Made by a program: the position numbers and the translations under genes. DNA of 64,000 nt from a virus. Under the pieces are notes generated by a model. The model was not told the DNA's origin. It was given only the letters and a program-made list of their open reading frames with translations, and searched no databases. The stretch covers positions 32,001 to 96,000 of the IMG/VR virus record IMGVR_UViG_3300050821_001858; one strand, written 5' to 3'. Shown here piece after piece: positions 46,270-57,248 of this stretch; the first letter of the stretch is position 1; every line of letters begins with the position of its first letter.

Positions 46270-46490
46270 TGGCACCTAGACCATGGGAACCTGTTGGAAG
46301 ATATTACCTACTTGAATGGTGGGAAGATAATGTTACAGATTTAATGGGTGCGTTAGCACAATTATATAGTGTGGATATCTATGGTACTAATGCTCGTTTA
46401 ATACGTTTTGCTACTCAAAGATGGAATTTCATGCAATCAATAAAAGAACGAATCTCACGTTTACAAGATCAAATATATCGAAGAGGATAA
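46266..46490 (+). CDS. Small aromatic-rich protein (dispersed family)
   Basis: ATGA-coupled; ends QDQIYRRG. Confidence 0.55.
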   Translation: MMAPRPWEPVGRYYLLEWWEDNVTDLMGALAQLYSVDIYGTNARLIRFATQRWNFMQSIKERISRLQDQIYRRG

Positions 46491-46492
46491 AA

Positions 46493-47233
46493 ATGAAAAA
46501 CATTCGTTTGTTCGCCGATACAGCGTCGATGACTGATATTAAGGAAATGGTAGCTAATGACTTGGTGGAAGGATATACTACTAATCCTACGCTCATGCGT
46601 CGAGCGGGAATTAAGGATTATAAGGGATTTGTCACCGAAGTCTTGGATTACCTAGCGGAACATCATCCCGATGGATGTATCTCTTTTGAGGTATTTTCGT
46701 CGGATGAAATGGAGATGGTTTATGAGGCTCGGGAGTTGAAAAAACTCAACTATCATAACTATAATATGTATGTCAAGGTGCCTTATCTCAATATCGATGG
46801 ACGCCCTAATGAGCAAGTTATTCGTAATCTGCTCAAAGAGGATATTTCAGTCAACGTAACAGCAGTTTTTAATCAGATACAGGCTATCCATTCTATTCAG
46901 ATGTTAGCCGACGATAATAATGATCATATTATATCGATCTTTGCTGGTAGAATTAATGATACTGGATATCCGGCTGAAAAAATTGTAGCCTATATTATAG
47001 CTATTCCAACTCAGAATGTAGAAATCCTTTGGGCATCCCCTCGTCAGGTTTTTGATTATGTTTTGGCAGATAGTGTAGGGTGTCATATTATCACCATGAC
47101 CCCCGATTTAATAAGGAAGATACCGGGAATTGGTACGCCTCTGAAACTGGCAGCATTGAATACATCGCGTCAGTTTTATGATGACGCAAAAGCTTGTGGT
47201 TATAAACTTTGGGAGAATGAAGATGGGGTTTGA
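46493..47233 (+). CDS. tal: Transaldolase
   Basis: FADTA, GYTTNPTLM, ISFEV, YVKVP, NVTAVF, SIFAGRI.DTG, LWASPR. Confidence 0.92.
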   Translation: MKNIRLFADTASMTDIKEMVANDLVEGYTTNPTLMRRAGIKDYKGFVTEVLDYLAEHHPDGCISFEVFSSDEMEMVYEARELKKLNYHNYNMYVKVPYLNIDGRPNEQVIRNLLKEDISVNVTAVFNQIQAIHSIQMLADDNNDHIISIFAGRINDTGYPAEKIVAYIIAIPTQNVEILWASPRQVFDYVLADSVGCHIITMTPDLIRKIPGIGTPLKLAALNTSRQFYDDAKACGYKLWENEDGV

Positions 47234-48233
47234 TGAAAATGAGATCAGTGCCAAGGCATATGGTGGAACTGAGATAGCGAAGAGACTGCTGGCAAATACT
47301 CTTGATAAAGAATTGCTATCTCATTTCCAAATTATTCCATCGCGCATTCGGGAATTGAAAGAGGATAAGATTCGTATCCTGTTTCTAAATGACCTTGCGG
47401 GCGATCCTGAAGTTGCTCAGTTGAAGGACCATAACTATCGAAACAAGTTTCATAAATTTGTGTTTATTTCAAATTGGCAATATCAACAGTTTCAGACAAT
47501 TCTGAATTTACCATATGATCACAAGTCTATTGTGATTGAAAGTGGTATTGCTCCTTCTAGTGCTAAGTTCGAAAATAAACCAACCGATAAGATTAATCTG
47601 GTTTATACTTCTACCCCTCAACGAGGGTTGAATATCCTGGCGGCTGTGTTCAATGAATTGTGTAAGAGGTATGATAACCTACATCTAGACGTGTTTTCGT
47701 CATTCAAGATTTATGGATGGGAAGAACAGGATAAGGCATTTGAGCCTTTATACCAGCAAATCCGTGATAATCCTAATGCGACTTATCATGGCTTTGTCCC
47801 CCATGATGAACTTTTGAAGCATGTTGCAGAACAGTCGCATATCTTTGCTTATCCGAGTGTTTGGCAGGAAACTTCTTGTCGGGCTATGTTAGAAGCCATG
47901 GCTTCGCAGTGTGTTTGTGTACATCCAAATTTCGCTGGTTTGCCTGATACGTCGGGAAGTTTGAACCTTATGTATGCAGGTGATCAAGATATGCAAGTTC
48001 ATGCTAACTTGTTTATGAGCAGCGTTGAACAGGCTATCAAGATGATCAATGATCGAGAAAATGTTGACAAGCTTCAACAGCGTTTGCAATATGTTCAAAA
48101 CTATATCAATGGACGTTTTAATATAGCCAACGTATCTCGGACCTGGGATAATCTTTTGAGAGGATTGCTTCAGACTATGCCTGATCCAAATTCTCGACGC
48201 TTCCCCGGTGATATGTTTTCGTATAAATTCTGA
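47223..48233 (+). CDS. GT-B glycosyltransferase (GT4-like)
   Basis: GGTE, YTSTPQRGL, FAYPS.WQETSCRAMLEAM (E-x7-E). Confidence 0.9.
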   Translation: MGFDENEISAKAYGGTEIAKRLLANTLDKELLSHFQIIPSRIRELKEDKIRILFLNDLAGDPEVAQLKDHNYRNKFHKFVFISNWQYQQFQTILNLPYDHKSIVIESGIAPSSAKFENKPTDKINLVYTSTPQRGLNILAAVFNELCKRYDNLHLDVFSSFKIYGWEEQDKAFEPLYQQIRDNPNATYHGFVPHDELLKHVAEQSHIFAYPSVWQETSCRAMLEAMASQCVCVHPNFAGLPDTSGSLNLMYAGDQDMQVHANLFMSSVEQAIKMINDRENVDKLQQRLQYVQNYINGRFNIANVSRTWDNLLRGLLQTMPDPNSRRFPGDMFSYKF

Positions 48234-48594
48234 TGAAACATTTGGTTAAAGAAGATATTGAGTATATTGCATATAATACACGAAGGGCAACGTATGATTG
48301 TCTTCCGTGGTTGAAACCTGCGATTGGTACTTTGAGTAAATTGGGATTTTTAGAAAACATTCAGGCTGTTCGTCTGAAAGGAATGATGTGGATATTTAAT
48401 GATGGCTCATGGATGGATAAGTAATTTGATATTAAATGCTTGTGTGTACACACTTGAAGCAGAACTATGGAGCCGTCAACATAAGTATAGTTTTTATGAG
48501 ATGTATGACATATTCAATAATAATCAACATATGGAAAATCACTTTGAGTTGGAAGATCAAATAGAGGCTTTATCAAATAAGATTTGGAGAAAAG

Positions 48595-49176
48595 ATGGGA
48601 AACCGATACGGAAGAAATCAGAAAAGAAAGCATCGTGAGATTATCCAAAGATTGCTTGAGCAAACGATTAAGCTGAGTAATGAAAATGTTCAGCTTAAGA
48701 ATGAGGTTGAATATTTTCTAAGGATGGATCGTGAAATTGCTCAGACATTAGGTACCGCAACGGCATTTCGTTTGGTGACTGATAAAATTCGAACGTCAAA
48801 TACAGAACCGGAGCAAATGCATCTGAATATGTTTAATCGTCCGATGTATGCTTATACTGATGGTACTGGACAACTGTTACAAGAGATTCAAACGACTAAG
48901 CATCATTTGAAGAAACTGTTTACTCATATTCAAGCTGATCCACAAAAGTATGGATCGTACATTAAGGTACTTGTAGGTAACGAAACCAAGGCAGCTATTT
49001 TTGTTGATAATGATTATCTGTTTCGTAGTGGTTTGACGCCTCGGGATATCGAGTATCTTTCAAAACATTTGGCTGAAGAGCTAGGTACTTTTATTAATCA
49101 ACACTACCAGACAGAACGGGATATTAATCATGTTAATCGTCAAAACTCCCCTGAGGGTGCCCTTCTTCTCCGGTAG
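48595..49176 (+). CDS. Hypothetical protein
   Basis: RYGRNQKRKHRE N-terminus, coiled coil. Confidence 0.65.
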   Translation: MGNRYGRNQKRKHREIIQRLLEQTIKLSNENVQLKNEVEYFLRMDREIAQTLGTATAFRLVTDKIRTSNTEPEQMHLNMFNRPMYAYTDGTGQLLQEIQTTKHHLKKLFTHIQADPQKYGSYIKVLVGNETKAAIFVDNDYLFRSGLTPRDIEYLSKHLAEELGTFINQHYQTERDINHVNRQNSPEGALLLR

Positions 49177-50227
49177 TTCCGACCATCCTGCCTTTGTTCA
49201 AACAGAGGGGGGAATGGCATTTTCAGCGACTATTGATAAGTATGTCTATGTGATTATTCATAGTAATGTTGAAAATCAATTTAGATTTACTCATGATACT
49301 ATACAAGTAGGTCATGATGTAACTCAGATTAAACATACAATTACCGAGAAATCATTTGAAGCAATTAATTCTCGAATTCATGATTATAATCGTATAAACA
49401 GAACTGAGTTCCAGGCATTACCAAAGAATAGTCTTACGATTGCTTCGTTGAATGATATCAATCAGGTTGGAACGGGTTTAGGGGCATCTTCGGCTTATAC
49501 CGTTGGTTTGGTAAACGCTCTATATACCTTCTGTAGTTTCCCCCCTAATGAAACTACACTCGATAAGATGGCTGAGATGGCTTGTAAGATTGAGATTGAT
49601 TATTGTAAATATCCTATTGGTGTACAGGATCAATGGGCAGCGTCGATAGGAGGAACAAACCTGTTCACATTTAATAAGGATGAAACTGTTGGTGTTGAAC
49701 AGTTCCATAATATGGAACGTATGCGTCGGTTTGCTAACTCTCTTGTTTTGATCAATAGTGGGGTTCAACGTCATTATAAGGATATTGTTGAAACAGGAAA
49801 AGAAACAAAAGGTTATCTGACGCATCCTAAGTATGATAAGCTTAAGGAAGCCCAGAAAGCAAATATGCGCGAAGGTAAGATTCTAGCGAAAACAGCCTGG
49901 GATATTTTGAATTCCCGAGAAGGAAACGGCAACCTAGATTACATAGGGGAAATGCTAAATAATTCTTGGAGAAAGAAGAAGCTTACTGATAGAAAAGTTA
50001 CTGACGAACAAATTGATGGTCTTTATGATCTTTGTATAGATAATGGCGCTATTGGTGGTAAACTGCTTGGGTCAGGTGGGGGAGGATATATGTTGTTTTA
50101 TGTCCCTCATGACAAGCGTGATGAATTCTTAACCAAACTTCCTTTTGAATATAAGTCTCGGGTGGTCAACTTCTCTTTTACGCACGAAGGCTCAAAAATT
50201 ATATATAATGATAGGAGCACTAAATAG
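49130..50227 (+). CDS. hddA: GHMP kinase, heptose-7-phosphate kinase (HddA-like)
   Basis: KTPLRVPFFSGSSD, GTGLGASSA, GVQDQWAA.IGG, GGKLLGSGGGG. Confidence 0.88.
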   Translation: MLIVKTPLRVPFFSGSSDHPAFVQTEGGMAFSATIDKYVYVIIHSNVENQFRFTHDTIQVGHDVTQIKHTITEKSFEAINSRIHDYNRINRTEFQALPKNSLTIASLNDINQVGTGLGASSAYTVGLVNALYTFCSFPPNETTLDKMAEMACKIEIDYCKYPIGVQDQWAASIGGTNLFTFNKDETVGVEQFHNMERMRRFANSLVLINSGVQRHYKDIVETGKETKGYLTHPKYDKLKEAQKANMREGKILAKTAWDILNSREGNGNLDYIGEMLNNSWRKKKLTDRKVTDEQIDGLYDLCIDNGAIGGKLLGSGGGGYMLFYVPHDKRDEFLTKLPFEYKSRVVNFSFTHEGSKIIYNDRSTK

Positions 50228-50237
50228 AGAGGGTAAA

Positions 50238-50585
50238 GTGGAAGCGAATAATGTAATTCAATTTCCAAAAATCAACCATCGCTTGCAAGAAGTTAAAACC
50301 ACTGAAGAAAACGTTAAATCTACAGTGGATGTACTGAGAAATCAGTTGATCCAAGAGGTAACAAGTTTGGTTTGCCATCCTTTGTTTGCTTCACTCGATA
50401 CAGCCGGTTTTACTTTGGACACAAGTACAATGAAAGAAGGGGCTTTGATTACAGAAGCAATTAAAGCTTTCATAATGAAGTATTATGGAGTTGAACACAG
50501 CTTTCATAAGATTGCAAAAAGTATGTTTGAAGTTGATAAACATAACAATGTAAATATAGTAGGTAACTTGAAACTAAAGGAATGA
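50238..50585 (+). CDS. Hypothetical protein (NVIQFPK motif)
   Basis: GTG start after GAGG. Confidence 0.6.
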   Translation: MEANNVIQFPKINHRLQEVKTTEENVKSTVDVLRNQLIQEVTSLVCHPLFASLDTAGFTLDTSTMKEGALITEAIKAFIMKYYGVEHSFHKIAKSMFEVDKHNNVNIVGNLKLKE

Positions 50586-51016
50586 CTATGAAACTTGGTA
50601 TATATGAAATTTTGAATGCGGTGAATACAAAAAAGACCAAAAAAGAAAGACTAGAAGAGCTACAAAAGCACACAAACAACGAGGTTCTTCAGACGCTTTT
50701 GAAGATGGCGTTTGATCCTGAGTTGAAATGGCGTTTACCTTTTGGTTCGCCTCCTTATACTCCGTCCCCTAATTTCGATCAACAGGGGATGTTGTATGGC
50801 GAAATGCGTCGTTTTTATATCTGGGCACGTATTGACGACCGGGGAGATCGTATTGCTCCTATTAAACGTGAACAGCTATGGATTGATCTTCTTGAACACC
50901 TTCACCCCGAAGATGCCAAGATTATCTGTGCTGTGAAGGATAAGAATTTACCTGATGTTTATCCTCATGTGACAAAGAAATTGGTAGCTGAAGCATGGCC
51001 AAATCTTTTACAATAA
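50582..51016 (+). CDS. Conserved T4-like hypothetical protein
   Basis: FDP..W.LP.G.PPY..KREQLWIDLLE.LHP.DA. Confidence 0.78.
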   Translation: MTMKLGIYEILNAVNTKKTKKERLEELQKHTNNEVLQTLLKMAFDPELKWRLPFGSPPYTPSPNFDQQGMLYGEMRRFYIWARIDDRGDRIAPIKREQLWIDLLEHLHPEDAKIICAVKDKNLPDVYPHVTKKLVAEAWPNLLQ

Positions 51017-51233
51017 AGAGTGTCAATTATCGAACTGATAATGATATACGAGATGGAATGGTCAATAGAATAGATAATGTCTATTCTGCTGATGAACATA
51101 CATATTGGGTTAAGATTATTGAGAAGTCTTATGAGGAATTTGTACGAGTGTGGAATTTAAGCACTGTTCTTCGCCCCCCTCGAATGTTAAATGAATTCAT
51201 TACTATATCTCATGCTATTTTTAAGGAGAAATA

Positions 51234-51470
51234 ATGCCAAACTATTGGGTTCGTAATAAGAAAACTGGTAAGTATGTTGCGGTGCTTTCAATGACCATCT
51301 CTGAGATGGAGACGTTCGAAAAGAAGGAATTGAAGGGTACTGATCTAGAGATAGCTGCTGGGGCTCCGGGAATCGGTTATTCGTTTCATCGTATGAAGCC
51401 TTCGGATGGTTTCAAGGATCGACTAAGAGATATCAAGAGATCACACCCAGGAAGTACAATAGACATTTAA
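51234..51470 (+). CDS. T4-like small protein (MPxY start, FmdB-like)
   Basis: MPNY..RNKKTG...GFKDRLRDIKRSHPGS. Confidence 0.65.
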   Translation: MPNYWVRNKKTGKYVAVLSMTISEMETFEKKELKGTDLEIAAGAPGIGYSFHRMKPSDGFKDRLRDIKRSHPGSTIDI

Positions 51471-51861
51471 TGTATAAATGGGTTTTTCTCTATTACATCG
51501 TATTTGGGTTTATTGTTTTACATAACATATATGGTAAAGAGGTTTATGTAAATTCGGGAGAGATTATGATAATAGCCCCTCCCGATGCTATTTCCCCACG
51601 TGGTACCGGTTCTAAAGTGCTTGTACATGATACTTGGTTATACATAAGAGAAATTCCAAAAGATGTCATTAGAGCGATTAAAGATGAAACGTAAAAAGAA
51701 GAAGCGTGATATATCACGTATCAGACGTAAGATTGATAATTATATCTATGGAAAGTATTTTGATACTCTTAGTAAATATCAAGATCAAGATGATATTAGA
51801 TTTCCTATGCCCTCTTGGGCTATTATGAGTTATCAAACTGAAGAATATATGAGATATATGA

Positions 51862-52542
51862 ATGGCGAAATTTATTCATCAAAACTATGAATCGGCTGAC
51901 CTCAAGAAAGAAGATACTGATCAAGGTAGGTTCTATATTACCCCTGAGGGAGATCGCTACCCTTCTGTGACTACAGTCCTATCCAAGTCTCGGGATCAAA
52001 CTGGTCTTAAAAAGTGGCGAGAGGCTATTGGTAAAGAACAAGCCAATCAGATACTCAAACAGGCTCAGAATAGAGGAAACGCTGTACATTTATTAGCCGA
52101 AGAGTACATTAAGAACAATCCTAATTGGGCACGAGGGCACATGCCGTCCAATCTGGATTCCTTCAAGCAGTTCAAACTTTTGCTTGACACCAATCTCAAC
52201 CTAGTGTATGGTCAGGAACTTAGACTCTACTCCACCTTACTTCAGGCGGCTGGAACTGCTGACTTGGTGTGTAGGTGGAATGGTGAAAATGCCATTGTTG
52301 ACTTTAAGACAGCACGTAAAGAGAAGACCGAAGAATTTGCATTAGGATATCTGTTACAAGCTACAGCTTATTCAATAATGGTAGAAGAACGTTTTGGACT
52401 AGTCTGCCCTCGTATAGTGGTATTGCTAGCCAGAGATCACGAAAATATACCGCAGGTTTTCATCAAGGAAACCGCTGATTATCGTCAGCGAGTGACCGAT
52501 ATCTTCAAGAATTACACCTTGAAGACAATAAATAAAGGATGA
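51862..52542 (+). CDS. PD-(D/E)XK exonuclease (Cas4/RecB-like)
   Basis: YPSVTTVL, RGNAVH, QE..LYS, AGTAD, IVDFKT, QATAY. Confidence 0.9.
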   Translation: MAKFIHQNYESADLKKEDTDQGRFYITPEGDRYPSVTTVLSKSRDQTGLKKWREAIGKEQANQILKQAQNRGNAVHLLAEEYIKNNPNWARGHMPSNLDSFKQFKLLLDTNLNLVYGQELRLYSTLLQAAGTADLVCRWNGENAIVDFKTARKEKTEEFALGYLLQATAYSIMVEERFGLVCPRIVVLLARDHENIPQVFIKETADYRQRVTDIFKNYTLKTINKG

Positions 52543-53123
52543 AAACATTTAAGCAACATTCGAACGTACTTTTAGAAATGGGTCTTAGTCGAATGCGAAC
52601 GCATTTCCAGAACGGTCCTGTTGGGATTGTATCTGCTTTTCAGGGCAAAGATCGAAACGAAGATGAAGATAACCATAAGAAGCTTATTGGTATGGCTCGG
52701 GAACATGGTTATGGTCCTATTCAAACTACTGGTCGTTCCCAATGGGGACCTGAAAAGTCTGTAGTTATTCCGGGTGTTTCTAAAGAACATCTAGAAAAGT
52801 TTGGAAACCATTTCAACCAACAGGCAGCTATTCATGTTACTGATGGGGGAACTAAAGCGAACCTTCATTGGTTAAAGTCATCGGATAAGCCGGGTGTTAC
52901 TGAGCATCTTGGGGGTGTCCATTATAATAAGCCCAATGACCTGGGGGTTACTATTCTAAAAGGTCACGGTTTTAATACAAAGGATAAAACTTCTATTGGT
53001 GCTGAAAAGACTGATGGGGAACGTCCCACAAGATCATTTACCTTTGGGGAAGGGTATATTTTGGAAAAGATTGAAATTCCACCTTCGGGAATGCTTAGAC
53101 AGGAAGCAATCCCTCTAGTATAA
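52539..53123 (+). CDS. Probable internal head protein
   Basis: MKTFKQH..LLE propeptide-like N-terminus. Confidence 0.5.
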   Translation: MKTFKQHSNVLLEMGLSRMRTHFQNGPVGIVSAFQGKDRNEDEDNHKKLIGMAREHGYGPIQTTGRSQWGPEKSVVIPGVSKEHLEKFGNHFNQQAAIHVTDGGTKANLHWLKSSDKPGVTEHLGGVHYNKPNDLGVTILKGHGFNTKDKTSIGAEKTDGERPTRSFTFGEGYILEKIEIPPSGMLRQEAIPLV

Positions 53124-53580
53124 GGATTGTTTTTATGAATAATACCACTCCAAATACAGTACACGCTAATACCACCTCGGTATCAACTCGACATTATTCG
53201 TTTGCTCTCCCGGTAACTCTATCGGCATTTTATACGTCGATGGCTCCCGGTTATCTTCAGCAAAAGGGTATTTGGGCTGATCTACCGGTTTCGTTTCAGT
53301 GGTTGATTTATAATGCTTCTCAAAAGGGAGAGAGTGTTACAATCACTAAGGCAGAATTAGATCAAATTTCGGATGCTCATTGGCAGCATATTCAGCCATT
53401 GCTTTCGGGTATGGTGTGATGCACGATAGTAGAATTTTTAATGATTATGATCATCGAACATTTAAGATGATTGATAAAGATGTTGATCTTGCTCCATTTT
53501 CTACAGAACTATCATTAGCAGGATCGCGTCTTCGTTGGATACTTTTAGAAGTTATTGAAAAAACATCATGGTTTAGATAA

Positions 53581-54132
53581 ATGATTATACGAGTGATATT
53601 CTTTGGGGGCTATCTAGCTTCCATCAATGATATGGCAGCATGGCAGAATTCAGCTAAACTTCAAAAGCCAGATGTTGAATTTGAAACCCACCATTGGGTA
53701 TCAGGTGCATCCGCTGGTGATCCGGTCCCCCATTATCAACAGACACTTGCTGCCGCTGAATTACAAATCAAGAATACGCCTGAGAAGACATTCTATATTG
53801 TTGGTCATTCATCAGGATGCGCAGTTGCCAATGAATTGGCAAAGCGTGTTATAAAGTTGAAACATTGGTGTGTCGTTGCTTTGGATGGTTTTCGTCCGAC
53901 GAATGATCTAAATCCCGATTGTTGGTCGGCGATGTGTGAAGGACACAAATCACTCAATTATGATGCTTTGAAGAGTGCTGTTCATTTCTCGGTTTATCAG
54001 GCGAAAGATGCTACCACTAAGTGGGCACTTCATTTCTCGCTTGTTAATACGAATTCAACTGATAAACTTGTCCATGATATTGTTCATGGTTATGCTAATT
54101 GTGAGGCAAATCTATGTTGGCTTCGGGAATGA
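53581..54132 (+). CDS. Alpha/beta-hydrolase-like protein
   Basis: IVGHSSG nucleophile elbow, ALDG. Confidence 0.6.
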   Translation: MIIRVIFFGGYLASINDMAAWQNSAKLQKPDVEFETHHWVSGASAGDPVPHYQQTLAAAELQIKNTPEKTFYIVGHSSGCAVANELAKRVIKLKHWCVVALDGFRPTNDLNPDCWSAMCEGHKSLNYDALKSAVHFSVYQAKDATTKWALHFSLVNTNSTDKLVHDIVHGYANCEANLCWLRE

Positions 54133-54285
54133 GTGCTTTTGATTATGGGTTTATTGCTGATAGAATATTCAATATGGTTATGTCCCCTATTTTTACCGAA
54201 TGTCTTAAACACGCACCAATGACTAATCATCGATTGTTTACTGAACAACTTGCTATGTTTACTCGAATGGAACGAACGATACAAA

Positions 54286-54870
54286 ATGGATTTGCCAAAT
54301 AAAAAGTTTCCTGTGATTTACTCAGACCCGGCGTGGTCTTTTATGACCTTTTCTAACAAAGGAAAGGGTCGATCCCCGGAGCAGCATTATCCTTGTTTGA
54401 ATTTACCAGATTTGAAAGCAATTCCAGTAGGGGATATTGCTGAGAAGAATAGCGTTCTTTTGATGTGGACAATCGATACTCATATTCCTCAGGCTCTTGA
54501 TTTAATGAAATGTTGGGGATTTGAATATAAGACGGTTTGTTTTTATTGGGCTAAGTTGAATAAGTCCGCCCCGGAACATGAATGGAAAGAAAAGGATTTC
54601 TTTAAAGGACTTGGTTATTATACGCGAGCTAATCCCGAGCAATGTCTTATTGGAACGCGAGGAAAAGGATTGACACGTAAAGGTAAAGATGTCCCCCGCC
54701 TGATTATATCAAAGCGTCGAGAACATTCCCGTAAACCAGATGAAGCTTATAAGCGTATCATGCGTTTGTATGATGGTCCTTATATTGAACTATTCGCTCG
54801 CCAATCTTGGCCAGAATGGGAAGTTTGGGGAAACGAAATTAATAAGTTTGAGGTAGCTGATGGCAAATGA
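54286..54870 (+). CDS. MT-A70 family adenine methyltransferase
   Basis: YSDPAW, WGFEYKT, GYYTRAN.E, REHSRKP, IELFAR, WGNE. Confidence 0.92.
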   Translation: MDLPNKKFPVIYSDPAWSFMTFSNKGKGRSPEQHYPCLNLPDLKAIPVGDIAEKNSVLLMWTIDTHIPQALDLMKCWGFEYKTVCFYWAKLNKSAPEHEWKEKDFFKGLGYYTRANPEQCLIGTRGKGLTRKGKDVPRLIISKRREHSRKPDEAYKRIMRLYDGPYIELFARQSWPEWEVWGNEINKFEVADGK

Positions 54871-55814
54871 TCTTGATGGAGTTAAGATGCATTTTGATGC
54901 TAGGACTAGAAACCTAGAAAATCGATGCAAGGAACTTGAACGTCGGGTTGCTCTTCTGGAAAGAGACAACAAGACGTTGAAAGCAGAGAACAAAAAGCTA
55001 GCAAGGAAAGGACTTAAGTCCTATGTTGATGCGGTGACAAAAACCTCAATGAAGGGTTGACAGTGTTATTTTCTTCTGCTAGAGTGTCCAAAGTGAGAAA
55101 ATATCAGGGGAATGTAAATGTTGAATTTAGGCAGTCCACCAAACAAGGGTTTTAATCCAAATAGTCAATGCAAGGGTTTGTTTGCGAGCGTTGTAGTCAT
55201 GGAAGAACGTATCACGGCGCTTATGCGAAATGCCCTGAAGGGGGTAAAAGTTAATCCGGTATTTGAACCTCGACTGATAGCTGTTGCACGCAGAGCAATT
55301 AAGATATATGGTGCTGATGATAATGCTGTCATCAACGCTATCATCATGGCAAGGGAAGCACTTATCTCAACCGAATGTAAGGAGTGAGCTATGTCTGTGA
55401 ATTACAATCCTAATTGGAAAAATGGTCTGCCCCCGGCGCCGAGTAATAAGACGCTTGTGTATCGTGATCTTTATCCTACGTCTGTGTCCCTTCCTGTAAC
55501 ATCCAACGATCCGCTTACGTGGTGGCTTTGTGGTGTTGGTGTCGCTTTGGCTGTGTTGGCTTTTGTTATGTGGGGCGCTCATGTGGTTGTTGGATAAGAG
55601 ACTGTTTCAGTTGATTGGAATTAGACTATACAAAGGCATCAAATGGATTTTGATAGCTTTTGTTATTGCCTTTGCCGTAGTTTTCTTTTCTTCTGTATTT
55701 TATGGTTTACTATCATTGATTTTACCTGTACCAATTGCTATGATCGGTACGTGTTTTATTCTTGGTTGTATATTATTGGGATTTGCTGATAGAAGTGATG
55801 AAAGGGAGTAAATT

Positions 55815-56294
55815 ATGCCGTATATTGAGAACAAAGATAATATTCGGGAACGTATTATGATTGGTAAACAAAAGCCTACTAATCCAGGGGAGTTGAATTA
55901 TTATATGACGACCCAGATACTTAGATATCTGGCTGATCAACGAGCAATGTTCGGAAGACTTTCCTATCAGACATTGAATTATGTCTATGGAAAGCTTGAT
56001 GAAATCTACGATAATGCCGACAAGATAAGTTTAGCTCTTGACAAAGAACGTTTTGTTCAAAACGTTCAATTGGTTATTCGTCGGTATATTTTAGATACTG
56101 ATAATGTTTTCTCTGAAAATGGAGAACATATCATGACTGATGTACGGGGGGCAATCCGTGCTTGTCAAGCTGAATTCTATCGTCGCTTGATTGCCCCTTA
56201 TGAGGATCAAAAAATAAAAGAGAACGGGGACGTTTATCCTGTTGACAACGGGGCTGTGTTGTGGTCTTCTTATGAGACAAAGACCGGGAGATAA
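55815..56294 (+). CDS. Conserved phage hypothetical protein
   Basis: MPYI..PGELNY..EFYRR..PYED.KI.ENGDVY. Confidence 0.75.
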   Translation: MPYIENKDNIRERIMIGKQKPTNPGELNYYMTTQILRYLADQRAMFGRLSYQTLNYVYGKLDEIYDNADKISLALDKERFVQNVQLVIRRYILDTDNVFSENGEHIMTDVRGAIRACQAEFYRRLIAPYEDQKIKENGDVYPVDNGAVLWSSYETKTGR

Positions 56295-56297
56295 ATT

Positions 56298-56702
56298 ATG
56301 ACTGTTGGTGATATTCTACATCGTGACCAAGCATTGAAAGGCTATTCGCTTGCAGCCGTTGAGCAAATGGCAATTCATTGGTTGATGATGTCGCAGATTT
56401 TTGCGGGACGTAAGATCGATGCTATCAAGCTTCGTCGCGCTGCAACTGGTGATGGGCTGAAGGAAGCCAAGGATTACGTTGAAGAGATTGAGGCTAAACT
56501 TAAGCCTTCCACTTACGCACCGGTTAATCCTCCGTTTGCTCTTACGGAGGTTCAATATAAGGAAGTGTTGCGTCGGCTTGATAAGCTTGAGCAAGATGCT
56601 TATGATCTTTTCCAGATTGTCGGTGATCATGATAAGAAAATCCGACGTGTTAATAAGAGAGCGTTTAGAGAGTTACCGGAGCATGCACGCAATGGGGATT
56701 AA
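56298..56702 (+). CDS. Protein with ribosomal L7/L12 C-terminal-like motif
   Basis: KIDAIKLRRAATGDGLKEAKDYVE. Confidence 0.75.
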   Translation: MTVGDILHRDQALKGYSLAAVEQMAIHWLMMSQIFAGRKIDAIKLRRAATGDGLKEAKDYVEEIEAKLKPSTYAPVNPPFALTEVQYKEVLRRLDKLEQDAYDLFQIVGDHDKKIRRVNKRAFRELPEHARNGD

Positions 56703-57248
56703 TACCGTAGCTGTTCTTTTTAATGATGTGGCACATCAGATGCCTGATCGTATGTATCGGGCAGTTGTGGATTATCGTTATGAAAAGAATGAGCATTTTG
56801 GTTTGGGGACGGTGATTTCTGCTGCCCATGCCGATCACTATCAGGTTGTAGTTGTGCAAGGTAACACGGGATGGACGCTTGACAAAGCCCCTGATCTTCC
56901 GTTATACTGCCAGGATCAATTGGCGGAATGCCTTCGTCGGCACGGTTGGAGGGTTACGAAAAATGTTCGCTCGGCATCCAAAAGAATTTCTGGTCTATAA
57001 TAATAAGCCCGCTTGGGGCGTCATTATAGATAATACCGATCAAGCTGTGCTCCATCTTGTGCGCTATGAAAAGGCACGCAAGGCGGATTTTCATCATGTG
57101 TATTACATCGCTCCGCAGTACCTCGAAAAAATGAGTGTTGGCGAGGCGACTTTTCTTTGGGGTGATGAACGCGGCATTTCTTCGTTTGATGTTGTTCCCC
57201 TTGCCGTGGTAAATAAGGTAAAGGAACTGTATAATAAGGAAAACTAAA

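Noticed and set aside
51862-52542. Cas4 as part of a CRISPR system
   Set aside because: No Fe-S cysteine cluster, cas genes or array; matches the ordinary T4-like phage exonuclease
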